A stretch of 62,906 nucleotides of DNA, the filler included, from Reticulomyxa filosa (Eukaryota; Protista; Foraminifera), in assembly GCA_000512085.1 (NCBI GenBank). It is 21 parts of 21 records of this genome, joined end to end, with 100 filler letters (N's around TTAATTAATTAA, not from the genome) between each part and the next. Parts side by side here need not be neighbours in the genome. Positions count along the whole stretch, not along the records: positions 10,551 to 15,097 come from ASPP01024016.1; positions 15,198 to 16,252 come from ASPP01001070.1; positions 16,353 to 18,611 come from ASPP01023778.1; positions 18,712 to 24,369 come from ASPP01023517.1; positions 24,470 to 25,799 come from ASPP01011127.1; positions 25,900 to 28,762 come from ASPP01005349.1; 15 more parts are not named here. One strand, 5' to 3'. Positions within the stretch are counted from its first letter, which is position 1, and the number at the start of each line of letters is the position of its first letter. This document shows, piece after piece, positions 13,183-25,912 of this stretch. A model generated the notes under the pieces. That model made no database searches, was not told the DNA's origin, and saw nothing but the letters and a program-made list of their open reading frames with translations. The position numbers were made by a program, and so were the translations under genes.

Positions 13183-13829
13183 ACCCAAAAAGAAATTATT
13201 CGTATTTGTGGTTCAATTAAAGCATCTTTTAAAAAACAAAAATAACGGTCCTCTCAATTCAAAAGGGGTTTCGCTTACGTTTTTTTTTTGTTTTGTTTTT
13301 ACAGTGTTGTTTTAACGCAAAAGTGCACCAAACTTTAATTAAAAATTCTTAATATCACTAACAAAATATTTGAAAAAAAATTTTTCGTGAGGGAACTGAG
13401 TAATAAAATATTATTCTAAAATTTTAAAAAATTTAAATACTTATGATCTTCCTGCACTTTCATTCAGTACTGCAATGTTTGACATAACGCGGATACTGAT
13501 AAAAATAAATTGCAAATTTATATTACTTTGAAAAAATGGCAAATGGAAACCAGTAGTTATGTTATAATTGAGTTGATTGCACTTAATTGACACTTGAAAA
13601 ATTTGTAATAACAGACAAGGACAATAAAATTTTTTCTAAAGACAATATGTTTATTTGTAGAAGAACTGACTAAAATCTCCTAGCAGACAATGACTTTTAG
13701 TTTATTTCAAATTTCTCTTGTTAGTGTAAGCAAGGTTTGCAGAAGCGAAGAAAGGTCAAGTTCCCCGTGGGCCACAAAAACATATACTTAATTGAAAATC
13801 CTAGGCCAATAATTAACAGGCCAGAGAAA

Positions 13830-15043
13830 ATGAAGTGGGGGAAGCTCTTGCAAAAGGAGGCTCTATGGAAATGGCGGACAAGTTATATAAATTACAAGAA
13901 ATTGAAGCAAATCATAAAACAACTGAGACAAATCAAATCCAAAGAAGACAACAAATATGACCAACTCTGCAAAGACTTCTTCACACGAGTGGACCAAGTT
14001 TTGGGTTTTCTCCAAAGCAAATTCAAGGGAAAAGGGAAGGAACGAAAAAAAAAAAAATACACACATTCATAAAAAAAAAAACTCAAAAGGACATAGAAAT
14101 GGTGGAAAAATTTTATTGGACGAAAAAGACGAAATTGGTGGAGCAAACGAAAAGTGTGCTGAAGATGTTTGACCATGTTTTGGATAACAGTGTACGTTTT
14201 CGAAAAGAAAATATCGCTGCCACATTATGTGTGATATCTGGCCTTTCCAAATTGCTGCCTCAGTTACAACAAATGAAGGTGTGTAAATCTTTACATATGC
14301 ACACACCTGTGGTTTAAATATAACATATGATGTACGATCGCTGCACATATATTTATCTATGTGTTGTATATATGTATATTATATATACATACATATTACA
14401 TAAATATATATATATATATATATAAATATGCATATATACAACTCGAACAGAGATACGGAGAACTTAATCAAGAAGGGTTCACTAAGATCTTGAAAAAATG
14501 GGACAAACACGTGACCAGCTCAAAGTTGTCGAGCAAAGAGAGTCGTGCATTGTTGCAGAAACAAAAGTTTTTTACCGAAGCCGAACTTGCGGGATTTCTG
14601 CAACACGTGGAATCTGTTATTGATCATTGCAACTCCATGCTAGACAATCGAGACGCTACTACCACCAGCAGTGGGATTCGTAGTCCCAGTCCAAATAAGG
14701 TTTTGTGTGTGTGTCTGTGCTCTCCTCCCCTTTTTTTCTCTCCTTCTCTCGCATCCATAATTATGTATAAATAAACAAAATGAGTGAAGCTCATAATAGA
14801 CGAGAAACTTTCCCTGCCCAACAGTCCAATGACAGATGACGAAGGGAGCCGCAGTCCAATGGTGGACGAACGGTTAAACAGTATGGGGTGGACCATGGAT
14901 GCATTGGACATCAACGCGCTGATCAGCTCCTTGCGAAAAAACCAAGCCACGACTGTGGTCACAAACGTCATGAACATTCGCAGTATTAATGGCAATTCTC
15001 TGTTAATTTGTGCATGTGCTTGTGGTGCAGCCGATGTTGCAGG
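13830..15043 (+). CDS. SPX-domain protein followed by an ankyrin repeat (Pho81/Gde1-like), 3'-partial, spliced
   Basis: MKWGKLL...WRTSYINYKKLKQIIK (SPX start) and ELNQEGFTKILKKWDK (SPX lysine cluster), then NIRSINGNSLLICACACGAADVA (ankyrin-like). Confidence 0.82.
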
Positions 15044-15057
15044 TATGTATACGTCCG

Positions 15058-15097
<40 letters not shown>

Positions 15098-15197
15098 NNN
15101 NNNNNNNNNNNNNNNNNNNNNNNNNNNNNNNNNNNNNNNNNTTAATTAATTAANNNNNNNNNNNNNNNNNNNNNNNNNNNNNNNNNNNNNNNNNNNN

Positions 15198-15239
15198 GAT
15201 ATCGTTTTATGCGTTCAGTTTTCTTTGCAACTTACTGTA
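15198..15239. mobile_element. Possible related Tc1-type TIR end at contig edge
   Basis: cagttttctttgcaacttactg|ta resembles the termini at 10598-10621 and 17124-17147. Confidence 0.45.
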
Positions 15240-15740
15240 TATTTCACTTTGTTGAATAAAATGCAAATTATACAACTTACAAAATAACAAATAATGATTG
15301 GCATATTGCAAAAAACTTATATAAAATTTTATTTTTTAAAAAAAGAAAAAAAATTTCTTTAATTTTATCAATTAACACTTCATCTTTTATTAAATCATTC
15401 TACAAATAATTTCAATTACTTCAAAAATATCTTGATAATCACTTATACTAAATATTTTTTATTTGTGAAATTTCTTCTTTATTACGGGATAGTTATTCTT
15501 TTAAATATTGTAAATACAATATTTCTTTATACTTAGAAGTAATATTATCAACTAAATTCTTGACTATATTAAATGTTGAAAAATCCAATATATTATTACC
15601 TTTTTGATAACCTATTTTACATTAAAAAAAAATTTACAAAAAATTTTATGTATATATGTATTAGTAGTAACAGCGCATGTAGCTAAAACAGCGCTAAATT
15701 ATTATTATATGAAAAATTGTTTTTATTTTTAGACATAAAT

Positions 15741-16252
15741 AATTGTTTGCATTCATAGTGATGTCAAGACTAATGGCATTTTTGGAGCAAATAGGACTTC
15801 AGCTTGATCACTGGCATCAATGAAAGTGTACTACCAACTTTTGCGATGTTTGTTGCTTTTCCAATTTTACATTTTATTTCCAACATTTGACAAGGAGTTT
15901 TATAAGCTAGGACATGAATCGATAGTATAAATCATCCTTTATAGACGCCTTTTTTGTCATTAGTTGATTCTTTTAATTGTTCCAGATGATCTTGAACAAA
16001 TACAAAAGCGGTAAATTTGGTTGCTTGTTTTGGTGGGTTAGGATCTACATCATGATCATCAATGCATACAACATCACCAGTGTGTGTCATATTTTCCTTT
16101 TTCAAGTTTTTCACGTTTACACCGCCAGCTTTTGCTTTGTAGACTGTTTTGTGGTGCATTTCAATGGAAAATGCTTTGTCAGTTGAGTTCGTTGGATAAA
16201 AACGAGCATGGATACCAGTGGTAATTGTTCCTTGTTCAATACGTCCAGTAAT
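15741..16252 (-). pseudogene. EFL: EFL (elongation factor-like, EF-1alpha paralog) pseudogene fragment
   Basis: TGRIEQG..FYPT..AFSIEMHHK, FVQDH..QLK, PCQMLEI, DQAEVLFAPKMP are EFL-type motifs. It carries an in-frame TGA (15932-15934), lacks the DNV of GDNVG and has frameshifts. Confidence 0.82.
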
Positions 16253-16352
16253 NNNNNNNNNNNNNNNNNNNNNNNNNNNNNNNNNNNNNNNNNNNNTTAA
16301 TTAATTAANNNNNNNNNNNNNNNNNNNNNNNNNNNNNNNNNNNNNNNNNNNN

Positions 16353-17147
16353 ACTTTTATCTTTCGTAGTTTTTAACAAAATTTTGAAATTTTTTAAAAA
16401 TATTCTTTTGTTAAAATTTTTTTTTTGTAATATTTTTACTATTTTATTTGCTTTAATTGTGCATTGATTAAAGCTTCAATTCTCCTTGGTATTGACTTAA
16501 CTAGAGCTTGACATAGTTGAGTACAGTATTTATACAAATTTGCAAATTTTAACATTTCTTTGATATGACTAAATCTAAATTTGGCATTTTCTTCTTAGTT
16601 ACTGCTACCAAACCATTTATCTTTGGAGTTCTTGTTACAGTTTCATAAGAAACTTTGATTTCACAATCATAATCTAACTCTTTATTGACTTCTTTTTCAG
16701 TTTTGCACTTTCCAGAAACAAGCTATATCAAAATTTTAATCTGAACTCGCAAATGAGTCTTATATGACCTGCCAGATCCAACTTTTCTTTTTACAGTTCC
16801 ATTACAATTATATGTCGCCAGCCAAAATCGAAACGAAAATATACTTACATTAAATTTATTTGCTACAGATCTAATGATAGCTCCACCAACCAGTGTACCA
16901 ACAGCAGCTCCTTTTTTAAAAGCAATCAAATGTTTAACATTTTAAATATCAAGCTTTTGAAATGTCAATTAAAAATATCAACAATAAAGAAAATATGCAA
17001 AAAAAAAAATATAATATTTAAAAACCACAAGATTATTAGATATTTTTTTAAAAAAATTAGTTTTAAATCTTTATTTTTCATGGAGAAAATCGATTCTCTT
17101 TATACAGTGCCATTTAGGTATGTCAGTTTTTTTTACAATCAACTGTA
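16353..17147 (-). mobile_element. Internally deleted, decayed Tc1/mariner DNA transposon
   Basis: TA|CAGT terminus at 17147; paired-like HTH region (IRSVANKFNVS..GTVKRKVGSGRSYKT..KVSYETVTR..NGLVAVTKKKMP) and Tc1 C-terminus (CQALVKSIPRRIEALINA, ~16460-16515); DDE core absent; stops present. Confidence 0.8.
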
Positions 17148-18088
17148 CTACAGTCAAAAATTTTATTTGTTTTTTATTTCTGGTAAATTTTACACGAAAA
17201 ATATCTCCAGGATAATGATAAGATAATGGAAGTTGTTTGAAATATTTGGCCTATTTATTTCGTTGTGTTTTCTTTGAATACACGATGCATATACACATAA
17301 AAATATACGAAACATACTGTATAATCATTTTATTTAAATCGGTGACCAATCTATTTTAAATATACGAAGATCGAGCCTAAAAATTTAAAATGAAGGTGAT
17401 CTCTTGGTTACACTGTTTATTTGTGTTTACAAAGGTTACTTATTATAAAATTAGTGTTCGTAAGCCAAAAACACACAAAGTTATTACACTAAGTCCATTC
17501 GATTCACGAACAACTAAAGATTTATTCCTCACTATTGTAAAATATATGCAGACAAACCACATAAATAGGCTCTATGTACAGAGATCTAGAAAAAATAAAA
17601 GAAATGCGAAACTTGACCAAACGCTTTTTCCAAAGAAAATTCCAACTGCTTTCTTTTTAGAGCAAACCGTTGATAAAAATAAAAATGTATCAAAAAGTAA
17701 ATTCAACAACGATTATGAAAATAAGAAAAGAAGGGAATAATGTGAAGAAATTTAAGAGAAAAGGTGTTGCAAAGTGAGCGTTTGTTTCCTGGAGACAAAA
17801 CCTTGTCCAATTGACAAACAAAAATAGGGTCGTGGATGAAAGAAGATAAGTGGAGCAATAGATGGTGACAACAATGAAAGTGCCAAAAAAAGTAACGAGA
17901 TATTAACATATTGGAAAGATAATCGAAAACATGTGTTCTACAAATTAATTCAAAATAAGGACTAACAAAAAGCTTCATTGGGTTTAGATAATTTTGAAAC
18001 ATTTTTCTCAAAAAAAACACAAAAAGGGAGAAAAAAGAGTGTGGTGTGTGCATCCTTCTTTGGTCTAGTGGTGGTGTCAAAGAACGAA

Positions 18089-18555
18089 TTACATTTCGGC
18101 CTTAGCAAGCACCTCTAATGGTGTCATAACCTCACAACCCTGCACGCTTTCAACTTTGGAGTCAGGAGTGAGCTCCAAATTTTGACAAGGATGATATTGT
18201 GTTAGCCAATCGTGATATTTGTCAGTCGATTCGAGCAAAGAAGAAGAAAAGAGATTTTTGTAATTTTTTTTGTTTTCAAAGTGTTTCAGCCACAACAACG
18301 GACGTTGATCGTCAAAAGATTGTCCTTCTATTTCGTGACCACTATTTGAAGATTCGGTTGTTCGATTGACTTGGCCGAGCAAAAATCCAGTTGAATCCAA
18401 TTCATGTTCGGCATAGCGTGTATATTCAATACCACCAAAATTCTTTCTATCGCGTTCACGAGATGATCCTGAGAGTTCTTGGTTTAATGTTGTGCTCAAA
18501 TGTTCATAGCATTCGTGGGCATGGATATGTGAATCAAACTCCAACACCAATGATA
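18089..18555 (-). CDS. Hypothetical protein, final exon
   Basis: 153-aa ORF of coding-like composition following a TA-rich intron and AG acceptor; no motif recognised. Confidence 0.4.
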
Positions 18556-18579
18556 CTATTTATTTATTTGTGTGTACAT

Positions 18580-18610
<31 letters not shown>

Positions 18611-18737
18611 TNNNNNNNNNNNNNNNNNNNNNNNNNNNNNNNNNNNNNNNNNNNNTTAATTAATTAANNNNNNNNNNNNNNNNNNNNNNNNNNNNNNNNN
18701 NNNNNNNNNNNTATTTGTATATGTGCATATATAAAGG

Positions 18738-19509
18738 GCTAGTTCAATCTGTGAAAAGCAAGTATCAAGACTCACACCGACGTTACGAACAACACTTGTC
18801 TTCACTTCCAGTGGATCAACAAAGAAATTGCGTGTATATTTGTAGCTATCGCTTGATTTACTATTTTGTCTTCCTTGGGAACTTGTATTTGACGGTGATG
18901 TTGGTTTTTCGAGTGCTGTGCAACTTCATTTATCCGTGGATCATTGTAGCTGCTGTGCTCGCATTGTCCATCCAAGGGTCGCTGTTTTCCTTCACTTCGC
19001 CGTCGTTCTCGTTGGTATTTATGTTCTGGTTCTTCTTTGCTCTCATGATTGTCGATTGGATCATTTGGTTTGTCTATGGACTCAAATATGTCATTCCCTT
19101 CCATTACTACTTGTACCATGTCCTGCCCGGGGCCGAGAGGCCTGTTCTACGACGCTGGATTACCTCCGCCATTGAGGCCAACAAACACAATGATACAAAC
19201 AGTCAATATCAAATCCAAAGTCCAAGTGCAAACTTCATTCGCAGTGTCGATTCAAATGTTGAAGATCACAATGTCGCTTATAACAATACTCGTTATGATA
19301 CTCAAGGAGATCATCATAGTTTACAACTACAACAAATGGCACAAGATCCTTGCCACTCTCTGTGTCAAGAAATTTCCAAATACTATCATGAAATGGACAT
19401 CACTCCATATCGAAATCAAGTTGTTCTGGAATTCTTTGGATTTGACTTAGCCATGCTTGTGCTTTCGTATTTACCACAACCCAGTTATGTTAAGCTACTT
19501 TATGACTGA
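18738..19509 (+). CDS. Hypothetical multi-pass membrane protein, final exon
   Basis: Three hydrophobic segments and an open frame to TGA at 19509, preceded by an intron-like end. Confidence 0.55.
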
Positions 19510-20160
19510 AACACCGATTCCAGACATTCAAAGCATCACTTTCCTTCGTACATTCCTTTCCTCTTAACACATATATCATGCATCAATCCTTTTTTTTTTT
19601 TTTTTTTCGTAAGCAATTACTGGTTTTCTTTTTTCCATTCTTCTTTTTTACTTTGTTGGAGTTTTTCTCGTTTTTTTCATATTGTTTGTGTGTACTCTTA
19701 AAAGAAAAAAAGTCCTTTTATTTTGTTCCCAACGGTATATTTATCGGAATACGAACTCAAAATAGAAGCAGTTCATTGTTTACCCTTTCATAGTTCAAAA
19801 TTTAAAAGTCACATCACTAGCATATCCTTCCGCGTGATATTTGTCTAAAAACTACAACTTTGAACTGTTTTGCAGAATTTATCTTTTTTTAAAAAAAAAA
19901 AAAAACATTACCATTGTTATAGTGATAACTTAGCGAAAGTCACTTCACACAAACAAGAATCTTTCTAAAAATCTCAAAAGCTAAAGTACTTGTTTGTTTT
20001 GGTTGCCTTGTTAATTCAAACATCCGTTGTAAAACAACGATTAAATAACAACAAAAAGAACGAAAAGAGTTACATTCAATACATTGACTTTGTCCAAAAA
20101 TATCTGCAATTTAAGCATGTTTTGCAAAAAAAATTGTTTGGATTTTTTTGTCTTTGACAA

Positions 20161-21280
20161 TCAACCCCATATTCGGACTGTCCCATCGTGAGAACAGGAC
20201 AAAATGGCATTTCCATCTGATGAAAATTGCACACTTGCCACCGTATTCGGATGTTCTTTCAATTGTTGGATTTCTCGTCCTGATTTGACATCCCAAATTC
20301 GAATGGTTTTATCCACAGAACATGACACAATGAAAAGGCCATTGAGTGAAAATCTTGCTCCGATAACATTACCCAAATGCCCCTCAAATCTTTGAATTTC
20401 TCGTGCTGATTTTATATTCCACAGTCGGATTGTTTCATCCGAGGAGGACGATACAATGATACGACCATCTGAAGAAAATTGCACTCCTGTCACAGCATCC
20501 AAATGTCCTCTTAATTGTTGCAATTCTCTTCCTGACTTGACATCCCATATTCGAATTGTTTTATCCCACGAACCTGACACAATAGTACAAGCATCCGGCG
20601 CAAATTGCACTTCAGTTATTGTATCTTCATGTCCTTCAAATCTTTGCACCTCATTGCCAGATATCGTGCTCCATATCCGAATGGTTTCATCATAAGAGCA
20701 GGTCAAGATCGTCTCGCCATTGGGTGAAAATTGTGCCGTCGTGACAAAATAGGAATGCCCCTCAAATTTGTGCATTTCACGTCCCGATTGCACATCCCAC
20801 ACCCGAACTGTTTTATCATCGGAACAAGACACAACAAAGCGGCCATCTGGCGAAAACTGTACCTTATTACAATGTCGGAATGCCCTCCAATTTTTTTAAT
20901 CTCAAGTTCTGATTGCACATTCCATATTCGAACTGTTTCATCTCCAGAACAAGACACAATAGTGCACTCATCCGGTGAAAATTGAGCACAATTTACTTTG
21001 TCGGAATGACCTCGAAACATCTTCAATTCTGCAAAAGACTTGGCCTTCATTTGTGATTTCATCATCACAGTCATGGCAAATATGAAACATATCTCTTTTT
21101 TTTTTCAATTCAAGTTTCTTTCAACAAAAGACAAAACAAAATACAAATAAAAATAAAAATAGGCGTGGATAAATCTAACGTATTTAAAGATCATTTGATT
21201 AAAAGCTTCAATCCATCCCCAATCAATGAGGACTTGCCGATGCCAATTTTCTAAAACGCAATCCACTTTTTGTTGAGTCT
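20161..21280 (-). CDS. WD40-repeat (G-beta-like) protein with one frameshift near 20860
   Basis: About seven GH...FS.DG..IVS.S.D.TIRIWD repeats across ORFs 20703-21074 and 20161-20832; upstream exon VDCVLENWHRQVLIDWGWIEAFNQMIFKY. Further degenerate upstream exons are possible to ~22200. Confidence 0.88.
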
Positions 21281-22709
21281 ATTTGTTTGTTTTGTTTTGT
21301 TTTGTTTTTTACTCTTTCAAAGTTGCATTGACCTCGCAATTATTGGCCATTGCTTCATAGGCTCATACCATAACGCGGCCCAACTTTGTTCGAATAGTCA
21401 TGCTTTGAACTGACTTTATGGCTTTTCTCAATTTGTCTTCCTTTTTATATATGCACACACTTTCTCTTAAAGAAGGCTTTATGCTCAAACATTACTAAAA
21501 CAATACCTTTGATTTTAACGCTATTATCCTGCTAAAGCTGTCCTCTTTAGTTGAATCTCCACTGCTTTCTGTTGAAAAAGGATATTCCAAATTTGCATTT
21601 ACATCACTCTTTTCTTGATTTTCTTGAGGACATCTCCAAACATCATTATACAATTCCAAAGTTTTCTCTTCTGCTTTTTGTTTTGTTTTTTTTTGCTTTA
21701 TTTTATATAGTAATTTCAGTTTTATTTAATTAACCTGAAGGATTCAAACATTTTGTCTTTGTTTTATCTCGTGAAAAGTTTTCCATCTTCGATCAATGGT
21801 AGTTTTTTCTAAATCATTCCTCGGACTGAACGTTTTTAGCCCCAACAAACTGTCAATTATCCACACATGTATCCCCGTTGCATGGGTATTTATACCGAAT
21901 TATTGCCTTTATTGTCTTTGCTGTAAACGGCGCTCTGTCGCCATAGAACAAAGCAAAAAATATTTTGTATGCTCAAAAACATATAGACAAGTGTAATCTT
22001 TCCAGTTTTGTAAAGATAGTTTGTTACTGTTTTTTGTGTGTTTTGCATTTCAGTCATATCAAAAAATGAAAACACGTAATTGATCTTGCCCAAAACTCGA
22101 ATAAGGGTCAGATTGAGCGAGGGAAGATATTTCCAAAACTGTAAACCAGTTTCAGTGCATTTTGTCAACATGTGGGTCAGTTTTTGATTTATCGTGTGGT
22201 GCAAATGCCCTACAATTGGCAGTATAATGGCTGAATAAAAAAGATAGAGCCAACTGTCACCAGTTGCAAGCGTACTTTAAGGCAGTAACAATGAAAAGGT
22301 TTGTCAGTATTGCTTCTTTTAGATACGTTTCACTCACAACTTAGCAAAAATTCAATAGCTGGAGCTTCAATTGAGAACAAATTAGTGAAGATTTCTGGTT
22401 ATATTTCAAGGTATGGACAACCGCTTGAGCATCTTACGTTTTAGCAACTTTTTTTTAAAAAAGTCTACAAAATCTATTTTATGATATTTGTGGATAGCAA
22501 CCAACTCAAGTATTCATTTAATCTTTAAACAGAAATATTGTTTGCAAGTTGAATATTGTTAATGAAAAAAAAATTGTGTCTGTGAAATCTGGAGCATAAG
22601 CAGATGCAAAGAAAGCAACGATATTGTTTAAACAAACAAAACAAAAAAAAAAAGACAAGTGTTTGTCTCTCTCAGTTTTATTGTTGTTAAATGAGCTGCC
22701 CTGTTTAAA

Positions 22710-24243
22710 TCACAAATCCTCTTTGGTGGTTTGGGCATCCAAATCTACATCTTCATCATCGTCGTCGTCGTCTTCGACAGCGGTTTCAGATGAGCCATCG
22801 GCTTCATCATCATCATCGGTGTCATCCTCTACTCCTTCCAATTCACTCTGGACATCACCACGACTGGCTCTCAATGCTGTTATAGTCACATGCACGCACG
22901 TTTCAAACTTGCAGTCACAAAATTTTTTTTTTTTTTTTTTTTTTTAAAAAGTAACCTTGGAAGTATTGATTGACAACATTGTTAATGCTTCCTTCGATGT
23001 CATCCAAATTGATGGGTTGTTTGAGTTGAGCCAATTGATTCATGATCAACACCTGTGGCAATTTTTTGGAATTTTCTTCGGTGGACGAGTCGTCTTCGCC
23101 TTCGGCCTTTTCTTCTTTCTTGGGTATCAGTTCAAAGTTTTCGGCAATCTTGGGTTGTTCAAAGACTGTGTGTTATTGAGAGCAAGCAAATGGTGGCAAT
23201 GCAACGTGTGCATTGAAAGCCGTATCTAATAAAGCAGAGGTAGAAGAGAGACAGAATACCATCAAGTTTGACAAAGGAAAGAGCTCCCAAATACTGGCCA
23301 GCGATTCCCTCGGCAGTGAGCAAGAGTCGAGCAGTGGCGTCGTCATTGGAGTCGAATGCGATCCACACAACTGGCAGGCCTCGTTTTATGTATTGTTGTT
23401 GTGTGTGTTCATTGAACTCTCCAAGGGCGGGGAGATATTGATTCAGCACAAACGTGTGAATGGCCTGAGCGTCACTCAAATTGCCTCCAAATGCTATTGG
23501 ATTTTCTCCAAATGTCCTCCACGCCAAAATCGAAGGAACAGATGCAAAGAAGCTGTTCATTACATTTCATTTTGCCAAAAATAAAATAAATCAATTATAT
23601 ATATGTATATATATATATATATATATAAAAGTGACATAACGCCTCTGCGTTGGAAGGGTTTTTGGTTCTAGCAAATCTCGCAAAGTCTCTCAAACTGTCG
23701 GCCACGGACTCAAAGACGGACGTGTCGTCGGTTCCAAAGAACAGCACGTTGAGATATCTATCGTCGGTGACAAAGTCTTCACATTGGGAGCGCTCTTCCA
23801 AAAAGGTGACCGGTGGCTGCATAAGTCCGTGCAAATAGCCGACGATTTGATTGTCACTACGATATTCCTTTGGCAGCAGTCTCGGCTTACTCATTCTGCG
23901 ATAAATCAATATGTTGGGAGTGCCGCCAGGAAGCAATTGCTTGCAAATTTGTTCCGCATGCTCGTCGTTGGTATTTCCACAATCAAACAACGCTATCATT
24001 GGAAGTTCGTTTTCTTCGTATCTTTTGTTTGTTTGTTTGTTTGTTTGTTTTTGTTTTTGTTTTTGCCAACTTGTACTTGTATTATCGAAACAACAACAAA
24101 TAATAAATATCAATATTATTTATAATTTGTTTATGTTATTTATTCACAAAAAAAAAAAAAAAAAAAGAATTTCAAACCGTTGAAACACTTTTTTGCGTGG
24201 CAATGCTTTGGCGATGGCTTCCATTTTTCGAAACAGTTTTACT
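22710..24243 (-). CDS. Protein disulfide isomerase-like ER protein, 5'-partial, spliced
   Basis: Thioredoxin-like b/b' segments (FESVADSLRDFARFA; LPALGEFNEHTQQQYIKRGLPVVWI; LSFVKLDG), acidic tail and C-terminal KEDL. Confidence 0.72.
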
Positions 24244-24335
24244 TTGTGTATCTTTTTTTTTTTTTTTAACAAAAAAAATAAAAAATAAAAAAAAAATGCA
24301 TAGACATTGGAGGATAGAGAAATAAATACATATAC

Positions 24336-24369
<34 letters not shown>

Positions 24370-24500
24370 NNNNNNNNNNNNNNNNNNNNNNNNNNNNNNN
24401 NNNNNNNNNNNNNTTAATTAATTAANNNNNNNNNNNNNNNNNNNNNNNNNNNNNNNNNNNNNNNNNNNNATATATACATATATGTATATACATACAATAG

Positions 24501-24828
24501 GTTCGATGGTCAAAATCTCACCCAGAAATGCTGATAACGGGCAGTATGGACCGCAATCTAATGCTGTGGAACTTGAGAACGGACCCACATTATTTGCTGC
24601 ATTCGCAGCCGTTTGCAGGACCTGTGATGGGTTGCGACTTTAGTGGCACCAAGCCCCCTTTGTTATTTTGGGTTGTCCAGCGAGGGCGATCTGCGCAGCG
24701 TCGAACTGAAAGACGAGTTTGTCGAGCCTTTTGTGCCACACAAATATGGCGACAATGAAATGGTTTGTGGTTTATTTCTTCACCACCTTTGTGTCTGATC
24801 AGCTATTTTTTTTTAAAAAAATAAAATA

Positions 24829-24863
<35 letters not shown>

Positions 24864-25690
24864 AAGGAAAAGCGCGAGGTCGAGAAATATCTGTATCTGA
24901 GAAAAATGAAAGAAGCACATTCAAAGATACCAAAATTGGCACAGGGCTATTGGGAAAACGAGGAGTATGGTATGTGACTACATACCATACCATCGATAAC
25001 ATATAATGTAATATCAATCCATTTTCTTTTTTTTTTTTAAAAAAAAAAAAGACAAAGTGCAAGAAGTAATGACGATGGCGGCCCCTTTCAAGACAAGTGA
25101 CAAAAAGCACGCATCATTTGAGGAAACACTGAAAAACTGTAGCTCGCACCCTCCCGAGGATTGCGTGGTGTCGACCGAACCGGATAGGAATGACATGGAA
25201 GAGGAGGAACTGATCCAAGCGCGACTGCGCCTGAACAAGATGCTGACCAGTCGCGACAGCAAAGGCCTGGTGTCGATGCAGCCCAAGATGCTGCAGTACA
25301 TGCAAAAGAAAGCCGACTGCTTCGCGCCCAACACGCTGAAAGACGCCATGGTATTGTTGATGTCGAGTCGCGAGGAATTGGCTGCATTGGACTGGGCCAT
25401 CAAAATGAGTCAGATGTTTTCCAAAGCCGAAAAATACGAGCTGTTTGTGCCCATTGCACAGTTGCTGCTGCGTCCGACCATTTACGATTCGCAGCAAGAC
25501 GTGGAAGCCGCACTCAACAGCGGCGCCACCAATGACTACAGCTCCACCAATAAAAAAGGCTTTTCTTCCGCCGCAAGTGTGTACAGCGAGACCCCTGCCG
25601 AGGACAACATGTCGTCCAAAGCGAGTTCCACAAACCTCACTGTCAATGATAACAAAAATGCATCACCTTTGCATCGACGTGCACAAGTTG
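24501..25690 (+). CDS. WD40-containing protein fragment with helical region
   Basis: VRWSKSHPEMLITGSMDRNLMLWNL WD repeat followed by exon 25057-25690; frameshift in a C run near 24655. Confidence 0.5.
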
Positions 25691-25748
25691 AGATTGGACC
25701 ATTTATTAAACTTTTATTTATTATATACATATATGCATATACATATAC

Positions 25749-25799
<51 letters not shown>

Positions 25800-25912
25800 N
25801 NNNNNNNNNNNNNNNNNNNNNNNNNNNNNNNNNNNNNNNNNNNTTAATTAATTAANNNNNNNNNNNNNNNNNNNNNNNNNNNNNNNNNNNNNNNNNNNNT
25901 AATAATAATAAA

